This document shows, piece by piece, positions 38,758 to 52,832 of a stretch of DNA of 64,000 nucleotides. How positions within the stretch are numbered: the stretch's first letter is position 1; each line of letters begins with the position of its first letter. A program made the translations under genes and the position numbers. The DNA comes from Ranitomeya imitator (lineage: Eukaryota). The notes beneath the pieces are model-generated. The model had not been told where the DNA came from, made no database searches, and saw nothing but the letters and a program-made list of their open reading frames with translations. The DNA lies in the NCBI RefSeq assembly GCF_032444005.1, contig NC_091282.1, positions 831,854,001-831,918,000 on the forward strand, read 5' to 3'.

Positions 38758-39013
38758 TTAATCTCTAGAGTATGTAATTATGTGGATAAAGGTATAATTG
38801 TAGAGAAATTATTTCCATGACAGCTGTCTATACTTGCAATTGGATATTCTTGCTAAGTGAATTTTAATTTGTCTAAGTGGCCTCGAGCATATTGAAATAT
38901 TGAAATGTTACGATATATGAAAATTATGAAAATCTCAATGGCAAAACCCATCAAAAGGTTATGCAGTGCTCTACAATAGGCTGATTATGGTTTGTTGGTA
39001 GGAAAGTCATTTA

Positions 39014-39953
39014 CCGTATATACTCGAGTATAAGCCGAGATTTTCAGCCCAAATTTTTGGGCTGAAAGTGCCCCTCTCGGCTTATACTCGAGTCACGGTC
39101 GGCGGTGGGGTCGGCGGGTGAGGGGGAGAGGGCGCTGAGGCATACTTACCTGCTTCCGCGGCTCCTGGCGCTGTCCCTGCAGTCCCACGGTCTCCGGGTG
39201 CTGCAGCTCTTCCCCTGTTCAGCGGTCACATGGGACCGCTCATTAGAAAAATGAATATGGACTCCAGTCCCATAGGGGTGGAGCTGCATATTAATTTCTC
39301 TAGTGAGCGGTAACGGTGACCGCTGATAGAGGAAGAAGCTGCGGCACCGAAGACCAGCTGTCCGGGGGAAGGAGCGGGACGCCGGGAGCAGGTAAGCATG
39401 TCATATTCACCTGTCCTCGTTCCACACACCGGGCGCCGCTCTGTTTTCCTGCCATCTCTCCGCACTGACTGTGCAGATCAGAGGGCGCGATGACGCATAT
39501 AGTGTGCGCGCCACCCTCTGCCTGATCAGTCAGTGCGGAGAGACGCCGGGACGGGACGCTGAGGAGCTGCAAGCAAGAGAGGTGAGTATGGCATTTTTTT
39601 TATTTTATTTCAGCAGCAGCAATGGCAGAGCTTTCTATGGTACATCTATGGGGCAATAATGAACGGTGCAGAGCACTATATGGCACAGCTATGGGGCAAT
39701 AATGAACAGTGCAGAGCACTACATGGCACAGCTATGGGGCAATAATGAACGGTGCAGAGCACTATATGGCACAGCTATGGGGCCATAATGAACGGTATGG
39801 AGCATCTATTTTTATTTTTGAAATTCACCGGTAGCTGCTGCATTTTCCACCCTAGGCTTATACTCGAGTCAATAAGTTTTCCCAGTTTTTTGTCGCAAAA
39901 TTAGGGGGGGGGTCGGCTTATACTCGGGTCTGCTTATACTCGAGTATATACGG
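39014..39953 (+). mobile_element. CCGTA-terminal (Tc2-like) MITE, copy with about 3 minisatellite units
   Basis: TA|CCGTATATACTCGAGTATAAGCCGA ... TTATACTCGAGTATATACGG|TA. Confidence 0.85.
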
Positions 39954-41719
39954 TACATTAATTAAATGAAAAAATAAATCACAGAAAAAAGCAGTTGTCC
40001 TTACCAACACCATGTCACAATATTAATGGACTGCAGAATACAGCAGCCCCATGATAAAGACTGGGGCACACATGTTCAAAATACTGATGGAACAACCACT
40101 CACACTTCTACAAGTCACAGAGGGGTGATTGCCTATACATGCACATGGATGAGGCTTGTGTAAGGCGCCAGTCACATAGGTAAGTGTAAAGGTAGGTGCG
40201 ATTCAGACGAAACCCCCAACGGAACCACCCACCATAATGAGGCAGATGGAGACAATTCATACTCCGTTTGGCGTCTGCTCTGGTGGTATCCGTCTTTTTA
40301 GGTGTTCATAGATCTGTGGTCGTCCAAACTTGTTCTCTAAAAAGACATCTAAAATGATGGGACACTGCCGGAACAGAGACCAGTCCAAAGTGACTCCATC
40401 TGCCTCATAAGTGAGTGGTTCTGTCATGAAACCCCCAACATAAGCGCTCAGCGGAGAGCGCAGGATAAATGTGAGCCGAGCCTCATTCTGATTTTTGGGA
40501 GGTGGAATGAACAAATAGACAGCAGTACAAGAATAGCTTTTTTTTGTTCTCCGTGGGGTATAAGTGATGAGGTGGATTTATTCTTTGGGTTGGTGGTGTT
40601 ATTGCAGCGTTACCAGATTTATATAGGGTTTTTTTTTTAGGTTGAAGCTTTTTTGTATCGTTTTGGGGTACATAATTTTTTTGATTGCTTTTTATTCAGA
40701 TTTTTCAAACACAGAATAAACAAAAAACAGCAATTCAGTTGTTTTATTTTTTGCGCCATTCACCAAGCGGTGAAAGTCATAAGACCAATTTGTTTATCGG
40801 GCCGGTAAGAGTACAGCAATACCAGATTTATATCTTTTTTTATGCTTTGCTATTTTTACACACTAAAAACAATATTTTAGCAAAATCAATTTGTTTTTGC
40901 ATCATCATATTCTGAGAGCTGTACCTTTTTTTATTTATTTGCCGAATGGGCAATATTAGGGCTTGTCTTTTACGAGACGGTTTGGCACTTTCGTTCATAC
41001 CATTTTTTTTTTACATATGACTTTTTGATTGCTTTTCATTCACTATGATGAAAAAGCAAAATTTTTAGCTTGTTTCTTTATTTTTTTATGGCGTTCGCCA
41101 TACTGAATAAATAACATGCCAGTTTTATAAAGCAGGTAGTAACGGATGTGGTGATACCAATTAAGTGTACTTTTTTGTTTATTTTGTTTTATCACAAATG
41201 CTGCGTTTTGAGTGGTAAAGCGGATTTTCGTGATGTGTGTGCTTTTCGAGGTTTTTTTTTTTTTTTTTACACACCGTCTATAAGCAAAGTTTTTCACCAC
41301 ATTTTTTGGTGCTGAAAATGCCACTCTTGGCTTATACACGAAGAGAAGGCGGGGGGGATGGAGGGTCACAGTAGGCAGGAGCAAGCGGCTGCAGCTAATG
41401 CCTGTGCCCGCTGCTAAAATGAAATGAGTATTCACTGCACAGGCAATCAATATTCATTTATCTTATAGCGAGCACAGTTACAGCCGCAGCCGCCGGCTTC
41501 CAGCAGCTGCCGGGCCATCACAGGTGCCTGATCATTAAGGTAATGAATATTCACCTCTCTCCACTCCCATAGGCGTGGATCGATGTGAATATTCATTCCC
41601 TTAATGAGCAGGGACACGTGATCACTCAGCCGCAGGAGCTGCTGGAATCGGAACAAGATACTGCGAGGGCGCACATTGAAGGTTAGAAGCATTAAAAAAA
41701 AAAACATCCTATTCTCATG

Positions 41720-42070
41720 AGGCACACATGCAAGGATAGGGATGAAGAACCATGCATACAAGTATGGGGATAAGGAGCCACGCATACAAGGATGGAGATA
41801 AGGAGCCATGCAGACAAGGATGGCAATAAGGAGCCATATAGACAAGGAAGGGAATTAGGAGCCATGCAGACAAGGATGGGAATAAGGAGCCATATAGACA
41901 AGGAAGGGAATTAGGAGCCATGCAGACAAGGATGGGAATAAGGAGCCATGGAGACAAGGATTGGAATAAGGAACCATGCATACAAGGATGGGAATAAGGC
42001 ACCATGCAGAAAAGGATGGGGATGAGGAACCATGCATACCAGGATGGGGATAAAGGGACAATGCATACCC
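41720..42070 (+). repeat. ~28-bp minisatellite (GCAKACAAGGATGGGAATAAGGAGCCAT)n inside a related CCGTA-type MITE remnant (~41270-42166)
   Basis: Direct repeats, with a terminal cggcttatacatgagtatatacag|TA at about 42165. Confidence 0.75.
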
Positions 42071-43469
42071 GGCTTATACTTGAGTCAATAAGTTTTCAAA
42101 GTTTTTTGTGGCAAAATTAGGTGCTTCGGCTTATACTTGGGTCGGCTTATACATGAGTATATACAGTAATTTGTTTTACATTTTTGCCACTTTTTTACAC
42201 TTTTTCACTGTGGGTCATGCATAATTTTTGATTTTGATCACTTGTCACATACACTGCTGTACTCATGTGCAGCAGTGCATGAGAGCAGTCAGTGTCTCAC
42301 TAACACTCCCTGACTCCAGCTTATTGCTGGATCTCACAGGCTACCGTACCCTTGGGTCATCACATGACCTCAGGGTACCATAGTAACCATTGGGACCAGC
42401 GATTCTCATCGCTTGAATCCGATGGTTACTAATGGGGTCTTGTGACACCTTGTAACAACTTAAATTACGCTGTCGTGATTGAGAGCGGTATTTAAGGGGT
42501 TAATCGTCCCCGATCGGTCGCAAGAGCATCCAGGGCCGATATCGCAGCTGTCACATACAGGGGAGTGACACAACAAAAAGTTCGAAGATTAGACATTGCA
42601 AAATTATTACTAAACGGGGAGACTGATGCTATTTAGAAAAGTAGACTAGTATAGAAAACCCATTTTGACATACACTTTTTGATGAGTTTTGAATTAACAG
42701 AGGGAGATTCAATGTTCATCATTTGCTAGCCAGAATAGAGACTCTTAAAATTTGGGCAATACTTTCAAAACACCCATCCTATGCTTTTCATGCGTCTTTA
42801 CATTAGGCTATAGTCCGCATGAGAGAATCATCAGATGCTACTCACCAGTGTAAACAAGCTCTTGAAGTGACTTTGAAGTGCCAATATAACAGAAACCCTA
42901 GTAAGTCATGCCATTTTTTAAAAAATGCAAAAATTATTATTATAACTATTCATTATAAACTACTGTTAGGAAATGTAATCCTTCAGGTGCTATACAGGAA
43001 TTAAACCAAAGTGGAATGAAAAAATGAAAAATTACATTTTTTCCTCTAAATTATTGTTTTGGTTGCAAATTTTTATTTCCAATGGGGGCAATAGGAGAAA
43101 ATGGACCCTAAAATGTATTATACAATTTCTCCCGAATGTGGCAATAGCCCATATGTGGTTAAAAACTGCTGTTTGAGCACCTGCAGGGTTCGGAAGGGAA
43201 GGAGTGCTATTTGGCATTTGAAGAGTAACTTTTGCTGGAATAGATTGTGGACGTTATGTTGCTTTGACCGTGCCCTTGAGGTACCAAAACGGCAGAAACC
43301 CACAGATTACCCTATTATGGAAACTAGCTCCCTCAAGGAATTCATCTAAGAGTTTGTTGAGCCTACAAGTGCTTAATGGAAAGAAAAAAATGTGCATTTT
43401 CCAATAAAATGTGGGAGGAAATGTTAATTTCTTACACAATTTCTCTCAAATGCATGAAGTGACCTAAAA

Positions 43470-45729
43470 TTTCCTAGTAGTCGGCTGCGTTGAGTTTGGT
43501 CTTGATAAAACACAGTGGACCTACACCAGCAGATGACATGGCGCCCCAAAGCATCAACTTCACACTAGACCTCAAGCAGCTTGGATTGTGGCCTCTCCAC
43601 TCATCCTCCAGACTCTGGGACCTTGATTTCCAAATGAAATACAACATTTACTTTAATCTGAAAACAACACCTTGGACCATTGAACAACAGTCCAGTTCTT
43701 TTCTCCTTGGTCGAGGTAAGATGCTTCTGGTGTTGTCTATTGGTCGTGAGTGGCTTAACACAAGGAATGCGACACTTGTAGCCCATGTCCTGGATACGTC
43801 TGTGTGGTGGCTCTTGAAGCAATGACTCCAGCAACAGTCCACTCCTTGTGAATCTCCCCAAAATTTTATAATGACCTTTTCTTAACAATCCTTTCAAGGC
43901 TTTGCATCTTTTACTACCACCTTCTTTAGCAACGACCTTTTGTGGCTTACGCTCCTTATGGAGTGTATCAATGACTGCCTTCTGGACGTCTGTCAAGTCA
44001 CCAGCCTTCCCCATGGTTGGGGAGCCTACTGAAACAGACTAAAGGACCTTTCTGAACACCTAGAAAGCCTTTGCAGGTGATTTTTGTTAATTATTCTACC
44101 GTATATACTCGAGTATAAGCCGACCCCCCTAATTTTGCCACAAAAAACTGGGAAAACTTATTGACTCGAGTATAAGCCTAGGGTGGAAATGTAGCATTTA
44201 CCGGTGAATTTCAAAAATAAAAATAGATCATTATTGCCCCATAGCTGTGCCATATAGTGCTCTGCACCGTTCATATTTCCCCATAGCTCTGCCATATAGT
44301 GCTCTGCACCGTTCATATTTCCCCATAGCTCTGCCATATAGTGCTCTGCACTGTTCATATTTCCCCATAGCTCTGCCATATAGTGCTCTGCACCGTTCAT
44401 ATTGCCCCATATCTGCCCCATATAGTGCTCTGCACCGTTCATATTGCCCCATATCTGCCCCATTTAGTGCTCTGCACCGTTCATATTGCCCCATATCTGC
44501 CCCATATAGTGCTCTGCACTGTTCATATTGCCCCATATAGTGCTCTGCACCGTTCATATTGCCCCATATCGGCCCCATATAGTGCTCTGCACCGTTCATA
44601 TTGCCACATATCTGCCCCATATAGTGCTCTGCACTGTTCATATTGCCCCATATCTGCCCCATATAGTGCTCTGCACTGTTCATATTGCCCCATATCTGCC
44701 CCATATAGTGCTCTGCACTGTTCATATTGCTCCATATCTGCCCCATATAGTGCTCTGCACTGTTCATATTGTTCCATATCTGCCCCATATAGTGCTCTGC
44801 ACTGTTCATATTGCTCCATATCTGCCCCATATAGTGCTCTGCACCGTTCATATTGCCCCATATCTGTGCCCCATATATGCTCTGCACCGTTCATACTGCC
44901 CCATAGATGCTCGGTATAAATCTGTGCCGCTGCTGCTGCTGCAATAAAAAAAAAAAAAGCCATACTCACCTTTCTTGATTGCAGCTCCCAGCGTCCGGTC
45001 CCGGCGTCTCCCCGCTCTGACTGATCAGGCAGAGGGCGCCGCGCACAGTATATGCGTCATCGCGCCCTCTGACCTGAACAGTCAGAGCGCAGATAGACGC
45101 CGGGAAGATGGAGCGGCGCCCGGCGGCTGGAACGTGGACAGGTGACTATTACATACTTACCTGGTCCCGACGTCCGGCTCCCCCTGCCGTCCCACGGTCT
45201 TCTGTGCCGCAGCCTCTTCCTCTATCAGCGGTCACCGGCACCGCTGATTAGAGAAATGAATAGGCGGCTCCACCCCTATGGGAGGTGGAGCCGCTTATTC
45301 ATTTCTCTAATGAGCGGTCCCACGTGACCGCTGAAGAGGGGAAGAAGCTGCAGCACAGAAGACCATGGGACGGCAGGGGGAGCGTCAGGATCGCTGGGAC
45401 TAGGTAAGTATACCTCAGCTCCCTCTCCCCCTCACCCGCCGACCCCACCGCTACCGTGACTCGAGTATAAGCCGAGAGGGGCACTTTCAGCCCAAAAATT
45501 TGGGCTGAAAATCTCGGCTTATACTCGAGTATATACGGTAATTTACTGAGATAATGACATTTGGGTTTTCATTGGCTGTTAGCCATAATCATCAACATTA
45601 ACAGAAATAAACACTTGAAATAGATCACTCTGTAATGACTCTATATAATATGAGTTTCACTTTTTGTGTTGAAGCACTGAAATAAATTAACTTTTTGATG
45701 ATATTCTAATTTTGTGAGACACACCTGTA
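43470..45729 (-). mobile_element. Tc1 remnant whose terminal region is split by a MITE
   Basis: ORF 43601-44014 MGKAGDLTDVQKAVIDTLHKE.. (Tc1 N-terminus). The TIR resumes at 45541 and ends ...gagacacacctg|TA. Confidence 0.7.
44099..45538 (-). mobile_element. CCGTA-terminal MITE, copy with about 16 units of the 42-43-bp minisatellite (44231-44905)
   Basis: Same TIRs and TA TSD as 39014-39953, in opposite orientation. Confidence 0.85.
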
Positions 45730-45805
45730 GATGATATTTTTTATCCTGGAGAAACTTGCACAGATTATTATGACTGATTATATCACTTAAAAACTTAATG
45801 ATTTA

Positions 45806-47867
45806 CTCCAGCAGTCAGGAGAGATGCTATCATTTATGGAGAATAGCCTTGAAGGGGTTAGATACCACCTAGATATCATCTTGAAGAAGGACTCTTGCAG
45901 GGTTAAGGAGATCGTGGACGAGTAAGTGTAAGAAAGGGCCTCCTCCCACTCCTCCGTCTGGAATGTAGTTTGAAGGTCTCTCTCCCACTTAATCATGGAA
46001 GCAGTTTTGGTAAAAACCATGTTCTTGCTAAACCACCCATAAATGTACCTATAGCTCCAGAAGATGCTATGGCCTGGATTACATAGCAGGTTAACAGAAG
46101 GTTCTGAGAATGATGGTTTATTTGCGATAAATTTTTTAACTTGGTTTTTTACTATCTGGTAGTCCCAGAAGGCTGAGGATGGAATGGCGAAAGTTTCTCT
46201 TAGTAATTTAAAGGGAAGGAAATTTTTCCCATTGAAAATGTCCCTGAGTTTCAGAATTTGGTGATTTGCCCAAATGGGGTTGATTATTTCATTATATGTA
46301 CTAAAGATAAAGGATGGAGGAACTGTGGGAAAAGGGGAAACATACTCCATATTTTCTGGCAATGCCCTAAACTGAAGCCATTGTGGCGAGGAATCTCCAA
46401 CATTATAAACACTTTAGCAAAAGGGAAGATTGACCTCTCCCCTCAACTCGCACTGCTGTCCATAGGTATTGACCGTATTAGCCCCTCTCTAAGGGTACCG
46501 TCACACTTAGAGACGCTGCAGCGATACCGACAACGATGTCGATCGTTGCAGCGTCGCTGTTTGGTCGCTGGAGAGCTGTGACACAGACAGCTCTCCAGCG
46601 ACCAACGATCCCGAGGTCCCCGGTAACCAGGGTAAACATCGGGTTACTAGGCGCAGGGCCGCGCTTAGTAACCCGATGTTTACCATGGTTACCAGCGTAA
46701 ATGTTAAAAAAACAAACACTACATACTTACCTTCAGCTGTCTGTCCTCCGGCGCTCTGCTTTCCTCTGCACTGTCAGCGCCGGTCAGCCAGAAAGCAGAG
46801 CGGTGACGTCACCGCTCTGCTTTCCGGCTGGCCGGCGCTGACACAGGATGCAGGAGGAGTGCAGAGAAGCAGAGCGCCGGGGACAGACAGCTGAAGGTAA
46901 GTATTTAGTGTTTGTTTTTTTGACATTTACGCTGGTAACCAGGGTAAACATCGGGTTACTAAGCGCGGCCCTGCGCTTAGTAACCCGATGTTTACCCTGG
47001 TTACCAGTGAAGACATCGCTGGATCGGCGTCACACACGCCGATCCAGCGATGTCAGCGGGAGATCCAGCGACGAAATAAAAGTTCTGGACTTTCCTCAGC
47101 GACCAACGATCTCCCAGCAGGGGCCTGATCGTTGGTCGCTGTCACACATAACGATTTCATTAACGATATCGTTGCTACGTCACAAAAAGCAACGATATCG
47201 TTAACGATATCGTTATGTGTGACGGTACCTTTAGGCCCATTGTGGCACATGTTCTCCTCGTGACTAAAAATTCCATTGCATTCTACTGGAAGAAACCTTG
47301 CCCTCCTACAATGCAAGAAATTACTTGATCTGGTCTCCCTACATAAATCTTATGAATATAAATTTTCCATTGCCAATGCAGGTTTTAAAAAATTTGCCAT
47401 CAAATGGCATCGCTGGTTAGAGATTTATCCCTAATATATCTGGTCATACATTTGTGGGTTCTTGTAGTTACAGAATGTTGATAAATGTTAAACTTACATT
47501 GTTTATTTCTTCTACTACATAAACTACTTGAGAGTTATTGATTTTCCTAACTAATAAAACCAATTATAGGTATTCAGTTCTCTAGGTTGCTATGCCAACA
47601 TTATTTGCTACTGTTTTGTGCCAACTACTGATTGTTATACAAATATTCACCTATAAAAGTTGCTATAGTTGTGTAAACTATCTACGCTGCGTACGTAGAT
47701 CATATTTGTCTTCTTACTTTGTTCTTGTCCCTTCCCCTATGTCCTCATGTGCCTCCCCTTCTCCCTAGCCCCTCGACCCCCACCACCTCCTCCCCTTTCG
47801 TGTTTTGTCTTGAGTTATGTCTTGTTGGACATGGTTGAGAAAATTTTCAATAAAAATTACTTGAATG
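45806..47867 (+). mobile_element. 5'-truncated and 5'-inverted L1 LINE
   Basis: Antisense ORF2 segment 45806-~46314 (..NPIW..KWERDL..ISPDCW). The sense segment from 46315 continues WRNCGKRGNILHIFWQCP..KFAIKWHRWLEIYP*. AATAAA at 47849. 17-bp TSD AAAAACTTAATGATTTA (45789-45805, 47868-47884) at a TT/AAAA site. Confidence 0.92.
46493..47230. mobile_element. PIF/Harbinger-type MITE nested in L1 ORF2
   Basis: GGGTACCGTCACAC / GTGTGACGGTACCT TIRs with TAA/TTA flanks. Removing it with a 3-bp TSD restores SPSLRPIVAHVLL. Confidence 0.85.
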
Positions 47868-48559
47868 AAAAACTTAATGATTTACAATAGTTCTCCCATA
47901 TGTCTGCAAAAAAAACATTTTTTGTATGTGATTTTTCGATAAACTGACTTTTCCGAACGTAGCTATACCAAATATGTGTATTTAAAAAAAAAAATTTCAT
48001 TGTTTTAATTTTAATGAGGCAAAAGGCAGGTGATTTGAACTTTGGTATTTTTTTCATATTTTTAAAACATTTTTTTCACTTTTGACTCGATTTGTTAGTT
48101 CCCTTAGGGGATTTGAAGCTGCGATCATTTGATCGCTTGTGCTATGTATAGCAGTGCATCAGCAGTGCTATGTAAAGCAAAAATCATGATCTCTTATGAA
48201 CGCCGGCTAAAGGGTCCCACCAGTATATCACATGCGAGAGCATCCGATGCAATATACTAATGACCCTCGGCTCCAGCTCTGCTGCGAGCGTGAGCCAAGT
48301 TTCAGTGCTCTGTGCTCCCATCCTCTCTCGCATGACAGGATCACAGCACAGTTGCAGAGGAGATGGAGAAAATAATTTCTCCATCTCCTCTGTTGCCAGC
48401 GTCGACAGGAATCGCCACCCTGCTGGCGCATATTACATGCCACTGTCAGTGATTGACAGTGGCATTTAACAGGTTAACAGCTGCAGGCTGTTGGAGGCAA
48501 ATGATGGCTGAATAATTCAGTCATCATCATCAGGGAAAAATGTGGGCCCAAAGGACACG

Positions 48560-49810
48560 ACATATGACTTAATTTACATCATATGTCGTGAATGAGTTCA
48601 TAATTTTATATTAGCAATGTCTATACCACATAGCAAATGTGGTTCCAATATTCAAAATAGGGTCAAGAACTGAATATAGAAATTATAGGCCTATAGTGAG
48701 CAAAATATTTGATGGTTTTCTAAGAGTTGTTATCCTGGAGTATCTCACTAAAAATAAGTTCATAACCCAGCATCAACATGAGTTTATGAGGGATAAACTT
48801 CTATGAGAGTTAATGTTCCAGATTGGACCAGGGTTAGGATGTGGATGTTGTCGATCACATATTTTCAAAGGCATTTGATATAATTGGCACATAAAATGAG
48901 AACAATGGGACCGGGAGAAATATGTGTAACTGTGTTAACAATTGGCTCAGTAATAGGAAACGGAGGGTAGATATTAAAGGGAACCTGTCACCCCCAAAAT
49001 AAAAGGTGAGCTAAGCCCACCGTCATCAGGGGCTTATCTACAGCATTCTGTAATGCTGTAGATAAGCCCCCGATGTATCCTGAAAGATGAGAAAAAGAGG
49101 TTAGATTATACTCACCCAGGGGCGGTCCCGCTGCGGTCCGGTCCGATGGGCGTCGCAGTCCAGGGCCTCCCATCTTCTTACGATGACGTCCTCTTCTGGT
49201 CTTCACGCTGCAGCTCCGGCGCAGGCGTACTTTGTCTGCCTTGTTGTGGGCAGAGCAAAGTACTGCAGTGCGCAGGCACCGGGAAAGGTCAGAGAGGCCC
49301 GGCGCCTACGCACTGCAGTACTTCGCTCTGCCCTCAATAGGCAGACAAAGTACGCCTGCACCGGAGCCGCAGAGTGAAGACAGAAGAGGACGTCATCCTA
49401 TGAAGATGGGAGGCCCCGGACCGGGCCGCGACGCCCATCGGATCGGACCGCCCGCCCAAGTGAGTATAACCTAACCTCTTTTTCTCATCTTTCAGGTTAC
49501 ATCGGGGGCTTATCTACAGCATTCCAGAATGCTGTAGATAAACCCCTGATGCCGGTGGGCTTAACTCCCCTTCGATTTTAGGGGTGACAGGTTCCCTTTA
49601 ATGAAACTCATACTGATTGGGTCACAGAAAAGATGGGTTACCAGAGGGGTCCGCATTGGGCCCTCTTCTTCATAGCATATTTGTTACTGACGATGTAGAG
49701 TGCAACCTTCTAACATTTGCAGATGATACTAAACTCTGCGACATAATCAACACAGAGGATATATATTTGATATTACAAAGTGATTCATGTAAACTGGAGG
49801 CTTGGGCTTC
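48560..49810 (+). mobile_element. Old decayed CR1 RT fragment
   Basis: VVPIFK..NYRPI, GSALGPLL and FADDTKL remnants. Boundaries are approximate. Confidence 0.7.
48978..49597. mobile_element. T2-type palindromic MITE
   Basis: TTAA|AGGGAACCTGTCACCCC ... GGGGTGACAGGTTCCCT|TTAA; 620-bp near-palindrome. Confidence 0.88.
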
Positions 49811-51228
49811 ATGTAACGGAGCTGCGACAGTCACATGATGCCTCTGCCAGAAGAAGAAGCGAAGAGCACTAGCTACATAGACCTGTTTTGATAAATTGTA
49901 GGGCTTTATTAATAGGATACACAAACTACCTCACTGACATGTGTAACGGCCAATTTTTCTGAAACATTTTTTCACACCCTGACCATGTGCATATATCTAT
50001 CTATGTAATGCTCAGGCTGGAATCAAGATAGTGTTTTCCGTGCTATGCAGTGTATGTGCTGTCATCTAAGTGGATATAAAAGAACAGAACAAATGAGCAC
50101 TTAGGGACCAAACAAGGCTATGCCTTAAAGTGGTTAAAATCAGTTATTTTGCAAACATAAGAGCTTTTAACTTCCCGTGATGCAATCTAAAAAATAGCTG
50201 CTTGTTGTTGAAAAAAAAGAGAACATAAAAACCTCATGTGACTTTAGGGTCAAGTGTGTAAACCAAGAAAAATTTTGAAGTGGTGCAATTAGTAAATAGT
50301 AATGGTATATCATTCGAGTTGTCAGGATCTGTATTGGGAGGGTATAACAGGGTTGCCAAACATAAAAATGGAGCATAGTGGAAAAACATATTTACTCAAA
50401 TTTACATCAAAATCTGGCATAGATTTGGCTTTGTGGCAGTTTACACAGCAAGAGAATAAATTAGGCACATCTTACTCTGGCTGGCTTTTTATTACAAATT
50501 GGGATAATCAAAATTGGAATTATTTGGATAAGAAATAGTTTTTCTGATGTAGATTTTGCAGCCAATCCACCACCCCATGTGTGTTACATGCAAAAGGTGA
50601 AATCCATGGTGAAAATTCTTTCCATACCAGAAACAGAACAAGAATATTGCAGATCTGAATACTGTGCAAAGTCTTTAAAGGAACTATCCAGGACTAAAAT
50701 ATTGATGGCAGAGTGCATTGGAGACAACCTTCAGTAATCAGCAGTGGTCACCAACTACGTACAGGGGCTGCTGTGTTCCATCAAGTACATTGATTATGAC
50801 AGAGTGGTTTGCAGATGACTTCCACGTTACAGGTAGCACAAAGGCTCTGGATAAGCGAAATGGCTCCTCGCCTCCTCAAAAGAAATTCAGCCAATTCTTC
50901 GCTTCCCAAATCCAAATGCTCCCCCCCCCCCCGCCTCCCTTCTGAACCCCACAGTGGGACTAAACTACATTTAGCGTCCACGTTTGGCATTTCTGTAGCG
51001 ATGAGAGCCCGCCTAATTTACGGGTGTGTATCTCCAGAAGCATGAGCTGACCACGACGTACTGGTCACTACAACGGCAGTTTGCAATTTTCACTCAACTA
51101 CTGCTTGTTTTTGTAAAACACGCATGGAGTCAAATCCGTCACTTACACCTGTAGGTAAATTCCAGAATGAGTATAATTTCCAAAATGAGTTCACTAGAGA
51201 GCAGATTCTGCTTTTTTAGCATTTAGGG

Positions 51229-52768
51229 CAGGGGTGGGCAATTAATTTTGCCATGGGGCCGCATGAGAAATTGGGATGGTTTTAGAGGGCCGGACTAATA
51301 TAATTAACTCATTTTCACCCATACTGTAGTATACATATGCTATCTTTTCATAAACAAACAGACAGGGATGGCTCTGTTTTTGGAGTAATGCAGCCATGTT
51401 TTCCTAATCTTGGACAACCCCTTTAAGACTGTACTAAAACAGCAAATCCACCCACTGTAACATAAAAGCACTATGGATTTTCCAGTTGGGGTCTGATCAC
51501 TGCTTAAAAAAGGGAAACCTACCCCAGTGACTGGATGACAAGGTAAAATGCTTAAAGGGGCCCGTCAGCGCGTCTTTACAGCTGGCAGTAGGAATATTGC
51601 TGTGGAGGAGCTTTTTGTCCCCAATAACAATACACCTTTTGTATAGCAATCCAACGGACCAATATTGAGAAATCTAGTATAGACGTCACATGCAAATCAG
51701 GCTGGACGTGCACTGGGGGCGTGTCACTGCAGCAGTATTGTCTTTTAAGTGCATTGACATTCCACAGTGCACTTTTTGCATGATTTGCATATGGTTTCTA
51801 TGCAAGATTTCTCAAGATTAGCACATTGGATCATTACAAAAAAAGTCTCATTTTTTATGGGGGGACAAGCACTGACACATTTACACCACTGCTTCCGTAT
51901 TTAAAAGAAAAAACATCCAGGAAGTTCCCTTTTAAAGGGGTTGGCCCGTGAAGAGCAATTATGACCCCTCTACAGGAAAAGAGTTGTCTGTCTGATCACA
52001 GGAGGGATCGTCTGCTCACAAGATCCTGCGCCCAAGTGGTGGAACACATACTGTATGTGCAATGGCTATGGGGCTGACAGGAGCCCCAAGTGCTGAGGTA
52101 TCTGTAACAGCCTCATAGTGTCCTGGGGGACCACCCAAACACTGAAATGGGGTCTCCGCACCCCCCGAGATCACACGCAGCACTAGATGTACAGAGTTTG
52201 TATCTGTTATATAGAACACACAATGCATGATACAAAGCAGGAGCTTTCTATACAGGTGCACAGGCATGGAGCCCTCCTATCCCCCCACACAGAGACAGCA
52301 ACTGCCCCCCAGTCACCCCTGCTGGCAGGCTGCCCCGAGCCTTGCATGCACCCCTCCTCTCCCACCTGCAGCCCCCATGACCGGCCCAGGACTCCCCTCT
52401 TCTGCAGCTCTTACTTGCTCTTGTGTGCAGACTCGACATGTTGACTTCTGGGATGCGGGGGGAGGGCAGAAGATTGAGAAGGAAACAGGAACCTGGCGGC
52501 GCTGCTGCTGCATCCTCCGGCACAAGGGAACATGGCTTCTCATCACCCGCAGCTCTGCTCACACAGCACAGGGGAACATGGCTCCTCATCACCCTCAGCT
52601 CTGCAAGCGCAGTTCCGACAGCGTGTCGCCTTCACTCCAGCCGCCAGTGGTCTTCAGAAGTGGCTGGCCGAGTGGTGCCGGGGGCGGCTGTCAGAAGTGA
52701 CAGCTAGCTGGCGGGCCGTTTAAAATCATCAGGCGGGCCGGATGCGGCCCGCATCTTGCCCAGGTCTG
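51229..52768. mobile_element. Non-autonomous hAT element
   Basis: CAGGGGTGGGCAA / TTGCCCAGGTCTG TIRs with an 8-bp TSD ATTTAGGG / ACTTAGGG. Confidence 0.7.
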
Positions 52769-52832
52769 ACTTAGGGGCTCTGTATCTGGAGTCTGCAAAC
52801 TTTTCTAGGAAAATCTGCTCTTCAGAAGGCAA

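Noticed and set aside
39995-40035. Minus-strand GTAAGG donor with a 26-nt mini-exon
   Set aside because: The only open frame ends in phase 2, incompatible with the phase-1 TM exon.
42845-42896. Perfect minus-strand donor CTG/GTGAGT with a short open frame, a candidate upstream JSRP1 exon
   Set aside because: Poor acceptor, the peptide is unlike JSRP1, and the context resembles the 387-bp repeat family.
44158-44969. Periodic ORFs up to 218 aa (MGQIWGNMNSAEHY)n, and similar ones at 58721-61263
   Set aside because: They arise from the 42-43-bp array inside a MITE; stop-free by repeat composition.
50187-50197. CTAAAAAATAG as a MEF2 site for a muscle gene
   Set aside because: It has five A/T between CTA and TAG rather than the consensus four, so it is likely chance.
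50781-50990. 69-aa minus-strand ORF considered as a JSRP1 5' exon
   Set aside because: No convincing splice sites and no recognisable similarity.
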